A stretch of DNA of 64,000 bases, taken from positions 150,600,001 to 150,664,000 of the forward strand of contig CM059431.1 of NCBI GenBank assembly GCA_030390025.1, read 5' to 3'. The stretch comes from Squalus acanthias. Lineage: Eukaryota. Under the pieces are notes generated by a model that saw only the letters and a program-made list of their open reading frames with translations, was not told the DNA's origin and made no database searches. Shown here one piece after another: positions 12,225-24,769 of the stretch. Positions within the stretch are counted from its first letter, which is position 1. The number at the start of each line of letters is the position of its first letter. The translations under genes and the position numbers were made by a program.

Positions 12225-15200
12225 GAGAATGTGGGCTGCGATGTGTGATCAGAATGTTGGATATGATTTGTAATCACAACGTGGAGTCTGGTTTATGATC
12301 AGAATGTGGGACGTGATTTGGTGTCAGAATGTAGGCTATGATTTGTGATCAGAATGTGGGCTGTGATTTGTGATCAGAATATGGGCTGTGATTTGTGTTT
12401 AATATGTGGTTTCTAATTTGGGATCAGAATGTGGGCTGTGATCTGTGATCAGAATGTGGACTATGATTTGTGACCAGAATTTGGGTTGCTATTTGAGGTC
12501 AGAATGCGAACTGTGGTTTGTGATCAGATGTGGCTATGATTTGTCATCAGAATGTGGACTGTGATTTGTGATCAGAATAGGGACTGTGATTTGTGATCAG
12601 AATGTAGACTGTGATTTGTGATCAGAATATGTCCTGTGTATTTGTGTTCAGAATGTGGACTGTGATTTGTGATCAGAATGTGGAGTGTGATTTTTGATCA
12701 GAATTTGGGTTGCAATTTGTGATCAGAATGTGCACTGTGATCTGTGGTCAAAATGTGGGCTGTGATTTGTGTCCAGAATGTGGGGTGTGATTTTTGATCA
12801 GAATTTGGGTTGCAATTTGTGATCGGAATCTGGACTGTGATCTGTGGTCAAAATGTGAGCTGTGATTTGTGATCAGAATGTGAACTGTCGTCTGTGATCA
12901 GAATGTGGACTGTGATTTGTGATCAGATTGTGGACTGTGATTTGTGAACAGAATAGGTCCTGTCATTTGTGATCAGAATGTGAACTGTTGTTTGTGATCA
13001 GAATGTGGACTGTGATTTGTAATCAGATTGTGGACTGTGATTTGTGCTCAGAATATGTGCTGTGATTTGTAATCAGATTGTGGACTGTGATTTCTGATCA
13101 GAATATGTCCTGTGATTTGTGTTCAGAATTTGGGTTGCGATTTGTGTACAGAATGTGGGCTTTGATTTGTTATCAGATGTGGGCTGTGATATGTAATTAG
13201 AATGTGGACTGCGATTTAAGTTCAGAATGTGGACTGTGATTTTTTTATCAGAATGTGTACGGTGATCTTTGATCAGAATGTGGGCTGCGATTTGAGTTCA
13301 GAATGTGGACTGTGATTTTTTTATTAGAATGTGTACGGTGATCTTTGATCAGAATGTGCACTGTGATTTGTGATCAGAATGTTTGCTGTGATTTGAGTAC
13401 AGAATGTGGTCTGTGATTTGAGTTCAGAATGTGGACTGTGATTTGTGATCAGAATGTGGATTGTGATTTTTGATCAGAATGTGAATTGCGATTTGTGATC
13501 TATATTTGGAGGCTGACTTTTACAGAATGTGGGCGGTGATCTGTGATCACAATGTGGGCTGTGATTTGTGGTCAGAATATTGGCTATGATTTATGATCAG
13601 AATGTAGACTGTCCTTACTAATCAGAATGTGATCTGTGATTTGTGATCAGAATGTAGGATGTGATTTGTAATCTCAATGTGGACTCTGGTTTGTGGTTAG
13701 AATGTCGTCTGGATTTGTGATCAGAATTTGGGCTGTGTTTTGTGATCAGATTTGGGCAGTGATTTGTGATCAGATTTGGGATGTGATTTGTGATCAGATT
13801 TGGGTTGTAATTTGTGTTCAGAATGTGGACTCTGATTTGTGATCAGAATGTGGACTGTGATCTCTAATCAGAATGTGGGCAATGATTTGTGATCAGAATG
13901 TTGGCTACGATTTGTGATCAGAATGTCGACTGTGATCTCTAATCAGAATGTGGGCAATGATTTGTGATCAGAATGTTGGCTACGATTTGTGATCAGAATG
14001 TCGACTGTGATCTCTAATCAGAATGTGGGCGATGATTTATGATCAGAATGTGGACTGTGATTTGAAATCCCAAAGTGGGCTATGATTTGTGATCAGAATG
14101 TGGACTGTGATTTGAAATCCCAAAGTGGGATGTGATTTGTTATCAGAATGTTAACTGAGATTTGTGATCAGAATTGGGCTGTGATTTGTGATCAGAATGT
14201 GAACTGTGATTTGTGATCATAATGTGGACTGTGATTTGTGATCATAATGACTGCTGTGATCTGTGATAAGAACATGGGCAGTGATTTGTGATCTCAATGT
14301 GGACTTTGATTTGTGATCAGATGTGCGCTATGATCTGTGATCGGAATGTGGGCTGTTATTTGTGATCAGAATGTGTGCATTGCAATTTGTGACCAGAATG
14401 TGTGGAATGCGATTTGTGATCAGAATGTTGGCTGTAATTTGTGATCAGAATGGGGTCTGCGTTTTGTGTTCAGAATGTGGGTTTTGTTTTCTGAACAAAA
14501 TGTTAACTGTGATTTGCGATCAGAATGCGGGCAGGATTTCTTGATCAGAATGTTGTCTGCGATTTGTGATCATATTATGGACTGTGATTAGTGATCAGAT
14601 GTTGGCTATGGTTTGTGATCTGAACGTTGACAGTGATTTGTGATCAGAATGCGGGCTGTGATTTGTGATCAGAATGTTGGATGTGATTTGTGGTCAGAAT
14701 GTGGGACGTGATTTGTGGTCAGAATGTTGGCTATGATTTGGGTTCAGAATGTGGACTGTGATTTGTAATCAGAATATTTGATGTGAATTGTGTTCAGAAT
14801 GTGGACTGTGATATTTGATCAGAATGTGGAGTGTGATTTGTGATCAGAATGCCGGCTGTGATTTGTGATCAGAATGATTGATGTGCTTTGTAATCTCAAT
14901 GTATATTCTGATTTGTGGTCAGAATGTGGGACGTGATTTGTGGTCAGAATGTTGGCTATGATTTGGGTTCAGAATGTGGACTGTGATTTGTAATCAGAAT
15001 ATTTGATGTAAATTGTGTTCAGAATGTGGACTGTGATATTTGATCAGAATGTGGAGTGTAATTTGTGATCAGAATGCCGGCTGTGATTTGTGGTCAGAAT
15101 ATTGGCTATGATTTGAGATCTGAATGTGGACTGTGATTATATATTTGTATACGGACTGTGTTTTGTGATCAGAACGTTGACTGTGAATTGTGATCAGAAA

Positions 15201-18031
15201 GTGGACAGTGATTTGTGATCAGAATTTGGGTTCCGATTTGTGATCAGAATGTGGACTGTGATCTGTGGTCAAAATGTGGGCTGTGAATTGTCTCCAGAAT
15301 GTAGGCTGTGATTTTTGAACAGAATGTGAATTGTCGTTTGTGATCAGAACGTGGACTGTGATGTGTGATCAGAATGTGGGCTGTGATGTTTGATCAGAAC
15401 GTGGACAGTGATTTGTGATCAGAATGTGGGCTGTGATTTGTGATCAGAATATGGATTGTGATCAGAAAGAGGACTATGATTTGTGATAAGAATTTGGCTT
15501 GTGATTTGTGATCAGAATGTGGACTGTGATTTGTGATCAGAATGTGGAATGTGATCAGAAAGTGGACTATGAATTGTGATAAGAATTTGGGTTGTGATTT
15601 GCAATCAGAATGTGGACTGTGATTTATGATCAGAATATGTGCTGTAATTTGTGTTCAGAATGTGGACTGTGATTTCTGATCAGAATGTGAACTGTGATCT
15701 GTGATCAGAATGTGAACTATGATTTGTGATCAGATGTGGGCTATGGTTTGTGATCAGAATGTGGACTGTGATTTTTGATCAGAATGTTGGATGTGTTTTA
15801 TAATCTCAATGTATAGTCTGATTTGGGGTCAGAATGTTGGCTATGATTGGAGATCAGAATGTGGACTGTGATTTGTGATCAGATTTGTGCTATAGTTTGT
15901 GATCAGAATGTGGACTGTGATATATGATCAGAATGTGGACTATGAGTTGTGATCAGATGTGGGCTATGATTTATGATCTGAAAGTCGACTGTGGTTAGTT
16001 ATCAGATTGTGATCAGTGATTTGTGATCAAAATGTGGGATGAGATTTGTAATCTCAATTTAGACTCCGGTTTGTTGTTAGAATATGAGCTGTTATTTATG
16101 ATCAGAAAGTGGGCTGTCATTTGTGATCAGGATGTGGACTGCGATTTGTGATCAGAATGTGAGCTGTGATTTGTGATCAGAATGTTGACACTGATTTATG
16201 ATTAGAATTTTGGATATGATTTGTGATCAGAACGTAGATTGTCATTCGCGATGAAAATGTGGGGTCTAATATGTGATCAGATTATATGCTTTGATTTGTG
16301 ATCAGAATGTGGGATATGATTTGTGATCAGAACGTAGATTGTCATTCGCGATGAAAATGTGGGCTCTGATATATGATCAGCTTATATGCTTTGATTTGTG
16401 ATTAGAATGTGTACAGTGATTGGGATCAGAATGTAGAATCATATTTCTGGTCAGAGTGTGGGCTCTAAATAGTGATGAGAATATGGGCTATGATTTGTGA
16501 TTAGAATGTTTGCTGTGATTTGTGATCAGAATGTTGATTGTGGTATGTGATCATAATGTGGAGTTGATTTGTGATCAGAATGCGGGCTGTGATTTTTGAT
16601 CAGAATTTTGGATGTGATTTGTAATCTCAGTGTAGTCTGATTTGTGGTCCGAATTTGGGATGTCATTTGAGGTCAGAATGTTGGCTATGATTTGAGATCA
16701 GAATGTAGACTGTGATTTGTGTTTAGTATGTGAACTGTAATTTGAGATCAGAATGTGGGCTGTGATTTGCGATCAGGATGTGCACTGTGACTTGTGATCA
16801 GAATGTGGACTGTGATTTGTTATCAGAATATGTGCTGTGATTTGTGTTCAGAATGTGTGCTGTGATTTGTGTTCAGAATGTGGACTGTGATTTGTGTTCA
16901 GAACGTGTGCTGTGATTTGTGTTCAGAATGTGGACTGTGATCTGTGGTCAAGATGTGGGCTAAGGTTTGTGTCCAGTTTGTGGGCTGTGATTTGTGATCA
17001 GAATGTGAACTGTCGTTTGTGATCAGAGTGTGGACTGTAATTTGTGTTCAGAATGCGGATTGTGATTTGTAATGAGAAAGTGGACTATGATTTGTGATCA
17101 GAATTTGGGATGCGATTTGTGATCAGAATGTGGACTGTGATCTGTGATAAAAATGTTGGCTGTGATTTGAGTCCAGAATGTGGGCTGTGATTTGTGATCA
17201 GAATTTGGATTTAGATTTGTCATCTGAATGTGGACTCTGATTTTTTATCAGAATGTGGACTATGATCTGTGATCACAATGCGGGCTGTTATTTGTGATCA
17301 CAATGTGGGTTATGATTTTTGATTAGAATGTGGACTGTGGTTAGTAATCTGAATGCGATCTGTGATTTGTGATCACAATATGTGCTGTGATTTGTGATCA
17401 GAATGTGCTCTGTGATTTGTGATCACAATATGTGCTGTGATCTATGATTAAAACGTGGGCTGTGATTTATGACCAGAATGTGGACTGTCCTTGGTGATCA
17501 GATTGTTAACTGTGATTTGTGATCCGAATGTTGACATTGATATGTGATTACAATTTTGGATGTGATTTGCGATCAGAATGTGGGATATGATTTGTGATCA
17601 GAACGTAGATTGTGATTCGCGATGAAAATGTGAGCTCTGATATGTGATCAGATTATATGCTTTGATTTGTGATTAGAATGTGTACAGTGATTGGGATCAG
17701 AATGTAGAATCTTATTTCTGGTCAGGGTGCGGGCTCTTATAAGTGATGAGAATATGGGCTATGATTTGTGTTCAGAATGTTTGCTGTGATTTGTTATCAG
17801 AATGAGGGCAATGATTGTGATCAGAATGTGAACTGTGATCTTTGTTCAGAATGTAAACTTTTATCTGTGATCAGAATGTGGGCTGTGATTTGTGATCAGA
17901 ATTTGGGTTAAGATTTGAGATCTGAATGTGGGCTGTGATCTGTGATCAAATGTGGACTGTGATTTGTGATCAGAATTTGGACTGTGATTGGCGATTAGAA
18001 TATTTACTCTGACTTGTGTTCAGAATGTGGG
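12225..18031 (+). repeat. Satellite array, 25-bp unit tgtgatt-tgtgatcagaa-tgtggac, about 230 diverged copies
   Basis: Continuous tandem array of about 5.8 kb. A few further degenerate units at 18570-18622 lie beyond a CR1 insertion. Confidence 0.97.
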
Positions 18032-18571
18032 GCCCTCCTTTTTGATAAAAGAAGGTTATTGTTGCCATAGAGGGAGTGCAGCAAATTTCACCAGACTGGT
18101 TCCTGGGTTTGGGGCATTGTCCTATGATGAGAGTTTGAGTAGACTAGGCCTATATTCTCCGGAGTTTGGAAGAATGCGAGGTGATCTCATCGAAACAAAC
18201 CAAATTCTTACAGGGCTTGAGCCGGTACATGCAAGGAGGATGTTTCCCCTGGCCGAGGAGTCTAGAACCAGGGGTCACAGACTCAGAATAAGGGGTCGGC
18301 CATTTAGGACTGAGATGAGGAGAAATGTCTTCATTCAGAGGGTGGTGAATCTTTGGAATTCTGTACCCCAGCGTGCTGTGGAGGCTCAGTCGTTGGGTAT
18401 ATTAAAGACAGAGATCGACAGATTTTTGAATATTAAGGGAATCAATGAATATGGAGATAGTGCACGAAAGTGGAGATGACGTAGAAGATCAGCCATGATC
18501 TTATTGAATGTCGGAGCAGGCTCGAAGGGCCGAATGGCCTACTCCTGCTCCTATTTCTTAGGTACTTATGT
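18032..18571 (+). mobile_element. CR1 LINE 3' fragment inserted near the end of the satellite
   Basis: RMRGDLIET...RVVNLWNSVP plus 3' UTR, with satellite units on both sides. Confidence 0.9.
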
Positions 18572-19125
18572 GATCTCTAATTTGATATCAGATATATGGG
18601 GGCTGTTTTGTGATCATAATGCTTTTTTTGATTGCAGTATGAGCACTCACTTGTGTCAAGGATTCAGTTAGTACTTCATTTTTTCTCGACAGTTTATCCC
18701 ATCTTTTCCATTACGAATCAACATGCTCGGCTATAGATTGATTCGCTGCAATTTTCATGTACTGTATCTTCGTGTTTATGGTGCAAAGTAATATTGCAAA
18801 CATTTTAATTAGTGCTACTGTAAATCTGTGAACATCCATGGAGTCAGTGATTATATGAAAATATATTAGTTCATATTTAAGAATCAGACCGCTGACTATT
18901 TTTAATTCCTACTTTTGATTCACATCAGTTTAGGGGGCAATATGGAACAGTACAATCATTACACAAACGTGCATTTAGTGGAAATATAATTACAACAGAG
19001 CACTGAGATTGGATGAATGTACAGATTTACATAAAACATTTACATATATTACAGTTAGTTTACAGAAACGGTTATCAATACTTTTATTGTCCCTGCGGAT
19101 ACTGTACTTGCAGTTTGTACCAAAG

Positions 19126-19213
19126 TCACACCCACACTTCCAGTCCAGCTCTGGATACTTGCAATGACCTCAGTTGTTTTTTTCCAAATACGGTGAAGTT
19201 GTTGCCAACCAAC
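19126..19213 (-). CDS. NLR-like gene, last coding exon (LRR/C-terminus)
   Basis: Acceptor gctctttcag; (R)LVGNNFTVFGKKQLRSLQVSRAGLEVWV-stop. Minus-strand AATAAA at 19083-19088. Confidence 0.85.
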
Positions 19214-19461
19214 CTGAAAGAGCATTCAGCAATTAATATAAATAATATCAAAACAGTGAAATCGTGTTATAAACGGTACAATAATGCATTAATAGCACGG
19301 ACTTATTAATAAACCTACGCGTGGGACGCCCTTCAATTAATTGTCTGTGAGTATTGTAAAGCACAGTTATAGCATTGCGGGATGGATATTTCGTCAGTAT
19401 GATACCAGTTTACAAATAAACAAGGCGCGGAAAAATGAAGGGAAACTAGTGGCTCACTCAC

Positions 19462-19629
19462 CTGATCCACTTCAGTCCTGAGCAGGTTTTTATGAGGCGC
19501 GTGAAGGTGGCAATGGATTTATCCCTGAAACAATTTCTGTCCAAGTCCAACCCCATCAAGGACCAATTTGCACCGACAGAAGAGGCAAGGTCTTCTGCGC
19601 ATGCGTCTGTGAGGCCATTGTAATCCAAT
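19462..19629 (-). CDS. NLR-like gene, LRR exon (168 nt)
   Basis: tatag acceptor and gtgagt donor, phase 2-2; LDYNGLTDACAEDLASSVGANWSLMGLDLDRNCFRDKSIATFTRLIKTCSGLKWI. Confidence 0.9.
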
Positions 19630-19791
19630 CTATACATGTGAGAGAGTCAAAGTTTAACTTCAGGGATTACTATTCTGTGCACATAAATTATGTGATAGTG
19701 CTCTTTATAATAATTTCAAATGTATTAACTCTATGTCATTATACAATCATTATCAACCGATACTTTGACGGATTCAGTGTGTTTCTCCTGC

Positions 19792-19962
19792 CTCAATATT
19801 GTGATTTTGCAGTCGGGATCCCTCAGTGCGGCACACAGTCGTTTGGCTCCAGAATCGCCCAGACTGTTGTGGCTCAAGACCAATACTTCGAGTGTCCGGT
19901 TTATACTTAGAGCAGAGGCGAGGTGTTCAGCGCAAACATCGGTAAGTTGGTTATCCCACAAC
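19792..19962 (-). CDS. NLR-like gene, LRR exon (171 nt, GC donor)
   Basis: tgcag acceptor; LWDNQLTDVCAEHLASALSINRTLEVLVLSHNSLGDSGAKRLCAALRDPDCKITIL. The canonical 171-nt RI-type LRR exon length places the donor at AG|gcagga. Confidence 0.88.
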
Positions 19963-20091
19963 CTGCATCGGTCACAGAGATACAACTTTTTGTTCCAAGA
20001 CACACCTCAAAACATACAATGGTAACTTGTAAAAAATAAACAAACGTGCATTGATAGAGCCCGTTTCACATCCTCCGACCTCCACGAACGA

Positions 20092-20545
20092 TCAGCCTTG
20101 GCTCAGTTAGTAGCTCTCTCGCCTCTAGCTCAGAAATTTGTGGGTTCATAGTACCACTCCCGAGAATTGCGCACGAAAATTTAGGCTGACACTCCAGTGC
20201 AGAACTGAGGGAGTGCTGCACTGTCGGAGGTGCCGTTTTGCAGGTGAGACGTTAAACCGAGGCCTCGTCTGCCCTCTCAGATCGACGTAAAATATCCCAT
20301 GACACTATTTGGAAGAGGAGCCAAGGGAGCTGTCCCCGATGTCCGAGCCAATATACAGCCCTCAATCAACATCACTAAACACAGATTATCTGGTTATTAT
20401 CACATTGCTGTTTGTGTGAGATTGGCTGCCGCGTTTCCTACATTACAAGTGACTACACTTCAAAACAAGTACTTCATTGGCTGTAAAGCGCTTTTGGATG
20501 TCCGGATATCGTGAAATCCTCTGCATAGATGCAAGTCTTTCTTTT
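20092..20545 (+). mobile_element. DeuSINE (SacSINE1/AmnSINE-like), full length, intronic
   Basis: tRNA-like head tcagccttggctcagttagtagc, Deu core and L2-like tail. A second head fragment follows at about 20553-20680. Confidence 0.85.
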
Positions 20546-20774
20546 TTTCTCCAAGTCAAAATGTTGTGGATTCAAGTCCCACTCCCGAGACTTGAGACCA
20601 TAATCTCGGCTGACACTGCAGTGCAGTATTGAGGGAGTGCTGCAGCTTCGGACTATTCCAGTGTCTTTTGGATGAGAGGCGAGAGAGTTGCCAAGTGACG
20701 CAAACTAATTAAGCAAACTGATAAATGCTCGGGAAAAAAGCTCTTTTAAGCAAGTTACAAAGTGTTCTCCTTAC

Positions 20775-20861
20775 TCCAGCGTCTGTATTTTGCAGTCCGG
20801 TCTACTCAATGCAGCGAAAAATCCTTCAGATGCCGAATCGCTCAATTTGTTCTCGTTTAGC
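20775..20861 (-). CDS. NLR-like gene, single-LRR exon (87 nt)
   Basis: tctttctag acceptor and gtaagg donor, phase 2-2; LNENKLSDSASEGFFAALSRPDCKIQTL. Confidence 0.88.
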
Positions 20862-21849
20862 CTAGAAAGAGACTGTTAATTAATTAAATCCCACCGTAAA
20901 TCATTAATGATTTGTTTCTTCCTTAATAAACAAAAGAAAATCCAACTTCAGAATAAGTACTCAGTAGATGACTAGAACATTGTGATTTGGGTTTTAATCT
21001 CAACCCTGGCCACATAGAGATCCAAAGCAGGATTATTTACGATTGCCTTTGCTAAACATGATTTCGGAGAAATTTTGCAAATCATAACCTGATTAGTTGT
21101 AGACTGCCCTACATTGTACAAAACTGCCTGTAAGGTGGCGATAATCGAACTCTATCATTCAAATAGCAATCGATGCAGTTATTACTCCAATTTAAAGAAA
21201 AAAATGCAATTTCCTGTATGAGTGTTTTGTGTGGAAGAGGAGTCGATCATTTTGACTTGGTGTGGATTATTTGCAGTACACCAGGAAAATGAACAAATCG
21301 ACGAAAGTGACATCAGCAAATTATTCACTCTGGCGAAAGCCTGAAGCAGAAAGCAGCACCTTTGAAGCAGGAGGAAGTTTGGAGTTAGAACGAATGTTGA
21401 GTATAACATTTTTTCAAACAGAACGCACTACAGCTCTGACAACATTCTAATGGAATATCTGTGAAGCGGACCATATAAATGAATTAAATTATGCACCTAA
21501 TTTGTTTCTGGTAATTAACGGCCACCGTGAGAAGGAAGGCAAGTGTGGCTGGAGACCAATGAAGTGCCGACTTACTTCTTTGCCTAGTGAACTTTTCTTG
21601 CTTATAAAAATCAGCATTCCTATGACTACCACTGGCATATCTTAATTGATCCCTTCGGAAATTAGAACGTGCTTGTTCTATTCAGATTGCAGTTCAGGAG
21701 CATCTTGCACTTTGAAAATGTTTTGCACAGAACATGGGCTCGTAGAGATTTCCACCCCAGAGTAACGCTATTTGTCCCATCTTGTTTGTGTCAGCTCGTT
21801 GGTAAAATAATCCAAAAGCTAAATCCATTGCCTCGTTCTCTCTCCTATT

Positions 21850-22050
21850 AATCCCTCAACCAACATTACAAAAAAACAGATTATCTGGTAATTATCTCAT
21901 TCCTGTTTGTGGGAGCTTGCTGTGCGCAAATTGGCTGCCCCGTTTCCTACATTACAACAGTGACTATACTCTAAAAGTACTTATTTGGCTGTAAAGTGAT
22001 TTGAGACGTCCGGTGATCGTAAAAGGCGCTATATAAATGCAAGTCTTTAT
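21850..22050 (+). mobile_element. DeuSINE 3' fragment
   Basis: ccctcaaccaacatta...ttggctgccccgtttcctacattacaacagtgac...aaaaggcgctatataaatgcaagtc. Confidence 0.8.
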
Positions 22051-22256
22051 TTTTCTGTCTATAGCCCCGTGTCTTCATCTGCTTCTAGTGTTGAGCCAGA
22101 TTCGCTTAACAGGCCCAATGGTCTCTGTCCCAACAACTCCCCATCTCAAAACATTTCTTGCAGGAATAACTCTCTTGGTAAAATCTGTAACAAGGAGTGA
22201 CGCCTACCATATTAAATATATAGCTATATATATTACTTAACAACAGGTGACCATAC

Positions 22257-23328
22257 CTCAGAACTTTACACTTATGCAGCACAGCTGTTAAGAGACGCAA
22301 TCCTCCATCTTCAATATAACACCTGTTGAGATTGAGCTCCAGAACCGTGCCGCATAATTCTAAACCCACCGCGACCGCAGCACAATCCATGGGGCTCAAT
22401 TTTAGAGGGCTCCATCCTCCGAATGCAAGTCGGTTTACAGAGCCGACCGCGATCCGGGCTGGTTCTTCATTCTGATATTCATACAGGTGGTATAAAGTGT
22501 TCAGGAGGTCTGTTTTGCTCTGTTCACTGTTCATATTTTGAAGATCTAATTTGACCCGCGATTCGAGGAACCAAATTAATCGGCGAGTGGTCTCGCCCGG
22601 AAACGGACCCGAGAATTCCTCAAGCAAATGAGCTGAAATCGGTGAGCAAAGACCGAACAGAAAGCGTAGAAATGTCACGGACTGGCGTTCTGCCTTCCTG
22701 TAATGTTTTTCTAGGACTCTGATGAGATCTTCGGGGTCTGTGGTCAGAAACTGTCCAACCGCGGCTATGAAATGTTGAACTGGCGGATGGAGGAATTTGT
22801 GTGTAACTCGGGCAGCAGAATCATCCTGCTCCAGGATTTCCGCCAGAAACGAGGACCGCAATTCTGATTTCCGGAATTTCTGGCGACAGACGCAGTCATC
22901 GAACACGGAGCTCTCATTACAGATTCCCTCGTAGGCCAGTTCACCCATTTTCAGCAGTAACTGACGTGGGTCTTTGATTTGCCCGGAATGAGTTTTTAAC
23001 GCGTTGCCAAGGTAATTTGAAAGCAGGTGGGTGATGGTCACCGGAAGTTTTGCCACACGTCCAGGTTGGTGCGTAAAGAATGGTGCCAAAGATGCGCAGA
23101 CGATTGCGCAGTTGGAGGGATTTGCACACAGGCTGTACAAGATAGCATTCTGCTCCACGTGCCGAAACGCTTCGGCCGCATTTTTTTCATTTCCAAAATA
23201 ATTGCTGAAATATTCTTTTTTCTCCAGGCCAGAAAGTCCCTCTATTCTGTTGTCATTCTCAAAAGTGGAATGAATTTCCGGGCGCTCATTCTGAAAGCGA
23301 GGCGGTTTTTTATGCCGCTGTTCCAAGT
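22257..23328 (-). CDS. NLR-like gene, large exon: HD1, winged helix, HD2 and first LRR, with no P-loop NBD
   Basis: Acceptor ttttacatttag and donor AG|gtatgg. Motifs IEGLSGLEKKEYF, LCANPSNCAIVC, FLHPPVQHFIAA, FLRFLFGL, LLNTLYHLYEYQN, LSPMDCAAV, LNLNRCYIEDGGL. No Walker A or B. Confidence 0.92.
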
Positions 23329-23529
23329 CTAAATGTAAAACTTAAAAGAAAACGTTTAGATCATTGTTGTAATCGTTTCTCTCTCCCTGCATTAATTTTT
23401 AGCTTTGATTTTACATCTTTGAGAAGTTTAATAAGTAACATTGTAGAAATTGGAATATAAAATGAATATTGAACAATATCTAAATGAGCGCCTCACCAGA
23501 CGCTTAAAATTAAAAAAACAAATTATTCG

Positions 23530-24130
23530 TTTTTTTATGGGATGTGGGCGTCGCTGGCCCATCCCTAATTGCCATTGAGAAGGTGGTGGTGGGCCGCCTT
23601 CTTGAGCCGCTGCAGTCTGTGTGGTGAAGGTACTCCCACAATGCTGTTAGGGAGGGAGTTCCAGGATTTTGACCCAGCGACGATGAAGGATCTGCGATAT
23701 ACTTCTAAGTCAGGATGGTGTGTGATTTGGAGGTGAACTTGGAGGTGGTGGTGTTCCCATGCGCCTGCTGCCCTTGTCCTTCTAGGTGGAAGAGGTCGCG
23801 GGTTTGGGAGGTGCTGCCGAAGAAGCCTTGGCGAGTTGCTGCAGTGCATCTTGTAGCTGGTACACACTGCAGCCACGGTACGCTGGTGGTGGAGGGAGTG
23901 AATGGTTAATGTGGTGGATGGGGTGCCAATTAAGCGGGCTGCTTTGTCCTGGATGGTGTCGAGCTTCTTGAGTGCTGTTGGAGTTGCACTCATCAAGACA
24001 AGTGGAGAGTGTTCCATCACACTCCTTACTTGTGCCTTGTAGATGTTGGAAAGGTTTTGGGGAGTCAGGAGGTGAGATACTCGCCTCAGAATACCTTAGC
24101 TCTGACCTGCTCTTGTTGCCACAGTATTTA
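23530..24130 (-). mobile_element. Non-CR1 LINE 3' fragment (clade not assigned)
   Basis: MEHSPL...LKKLDTIQDKAARLI...SLHHQRTVAAV...WNSLP. Tail ggcaattagggatggg...gccagcgacgcccacatccc is shared with the SINE at 30260. Confidence 0.8.
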
Positions 24131-24334
24131 TGCCTCTATTGCAATTTCTGCTGATTTTTATATGATGTTTGCAATCTTTCTTTCAGCCTACAGAATTGAA
24201 TCGACTTAGATGCTATAATTTCTCTCGTTTGTTAATTTTACAGACACTTTTAAAATTCTTACATTGGAACAGTTTTCTTTTTAAACATTGCGAATTGGGT
24301 AACTGTTACGCTATTGCTGGGAAATCCTACTTAC

Positions 24335-24400
24335 CCTTTAGATGATCCGGTTCTTCACCGGCCAGAGTAATCTGGACTGATGGCAATGGGTGGTTGGCAT
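24335..24400 (-). CDS. NLR-like gene, 66-nt linker exon
   Basis: tttcctttag acceptor and G|gtaagt donor, phase 1-1, open frame (D)ANHPLPSVQITLAGEEPDHLK. Joins the flanking exons in frame. Confidence 0.7.
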
Positions 24401-24769
24401 CTAAAGGAAATGATATCTGATCTTTAATTAAATGTTTCACGATGATGGAGTTTATTAAACAAATATGTCAGTCATATTTATTTCAAAAGTGATATCTTGG
24501 CAAGTCAAACGTTCACTTGCAATTACTAGCATGGTTATCAAACATTTTGTTAAACAATCATAGCTTAAAAATAAGCCCCAAATTATGAATTGTAAAATAG
24601 CCTTCACTTTCATTTGTGTGTATTTCTTTCATTCAGATGTATACAATGGGTGTGCAAGTTTAAATATTGGCTAGCATCACTGGAGGCGGCGATGACTGGT
24701 TAAATATTGAATTACATATCATCAAATAATATAAACTATGAATTGTTGTTTCTTTACTTTCTTTACTGT

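Noticed and set aside
12225..18031. CRISPR-like array
   Set aside because: Units are contiguous with no unique spacers, there are no cas genes, and the context is vertebrate.
20092..20170. tRNA gene
   Set aside because: tRNA-like head of a SINE; no complete cloverleaf.
21182..21450. Short ORFs inside the NLR intron as an extra exon
   Set aside because: No LRR pattern or compatible phase-2 splice sites found.
22106..22256. C-terminal tail of the 406-aa ORF
   Set aside because: Lies beyond the AG|gtatgg donor; intron read-through.
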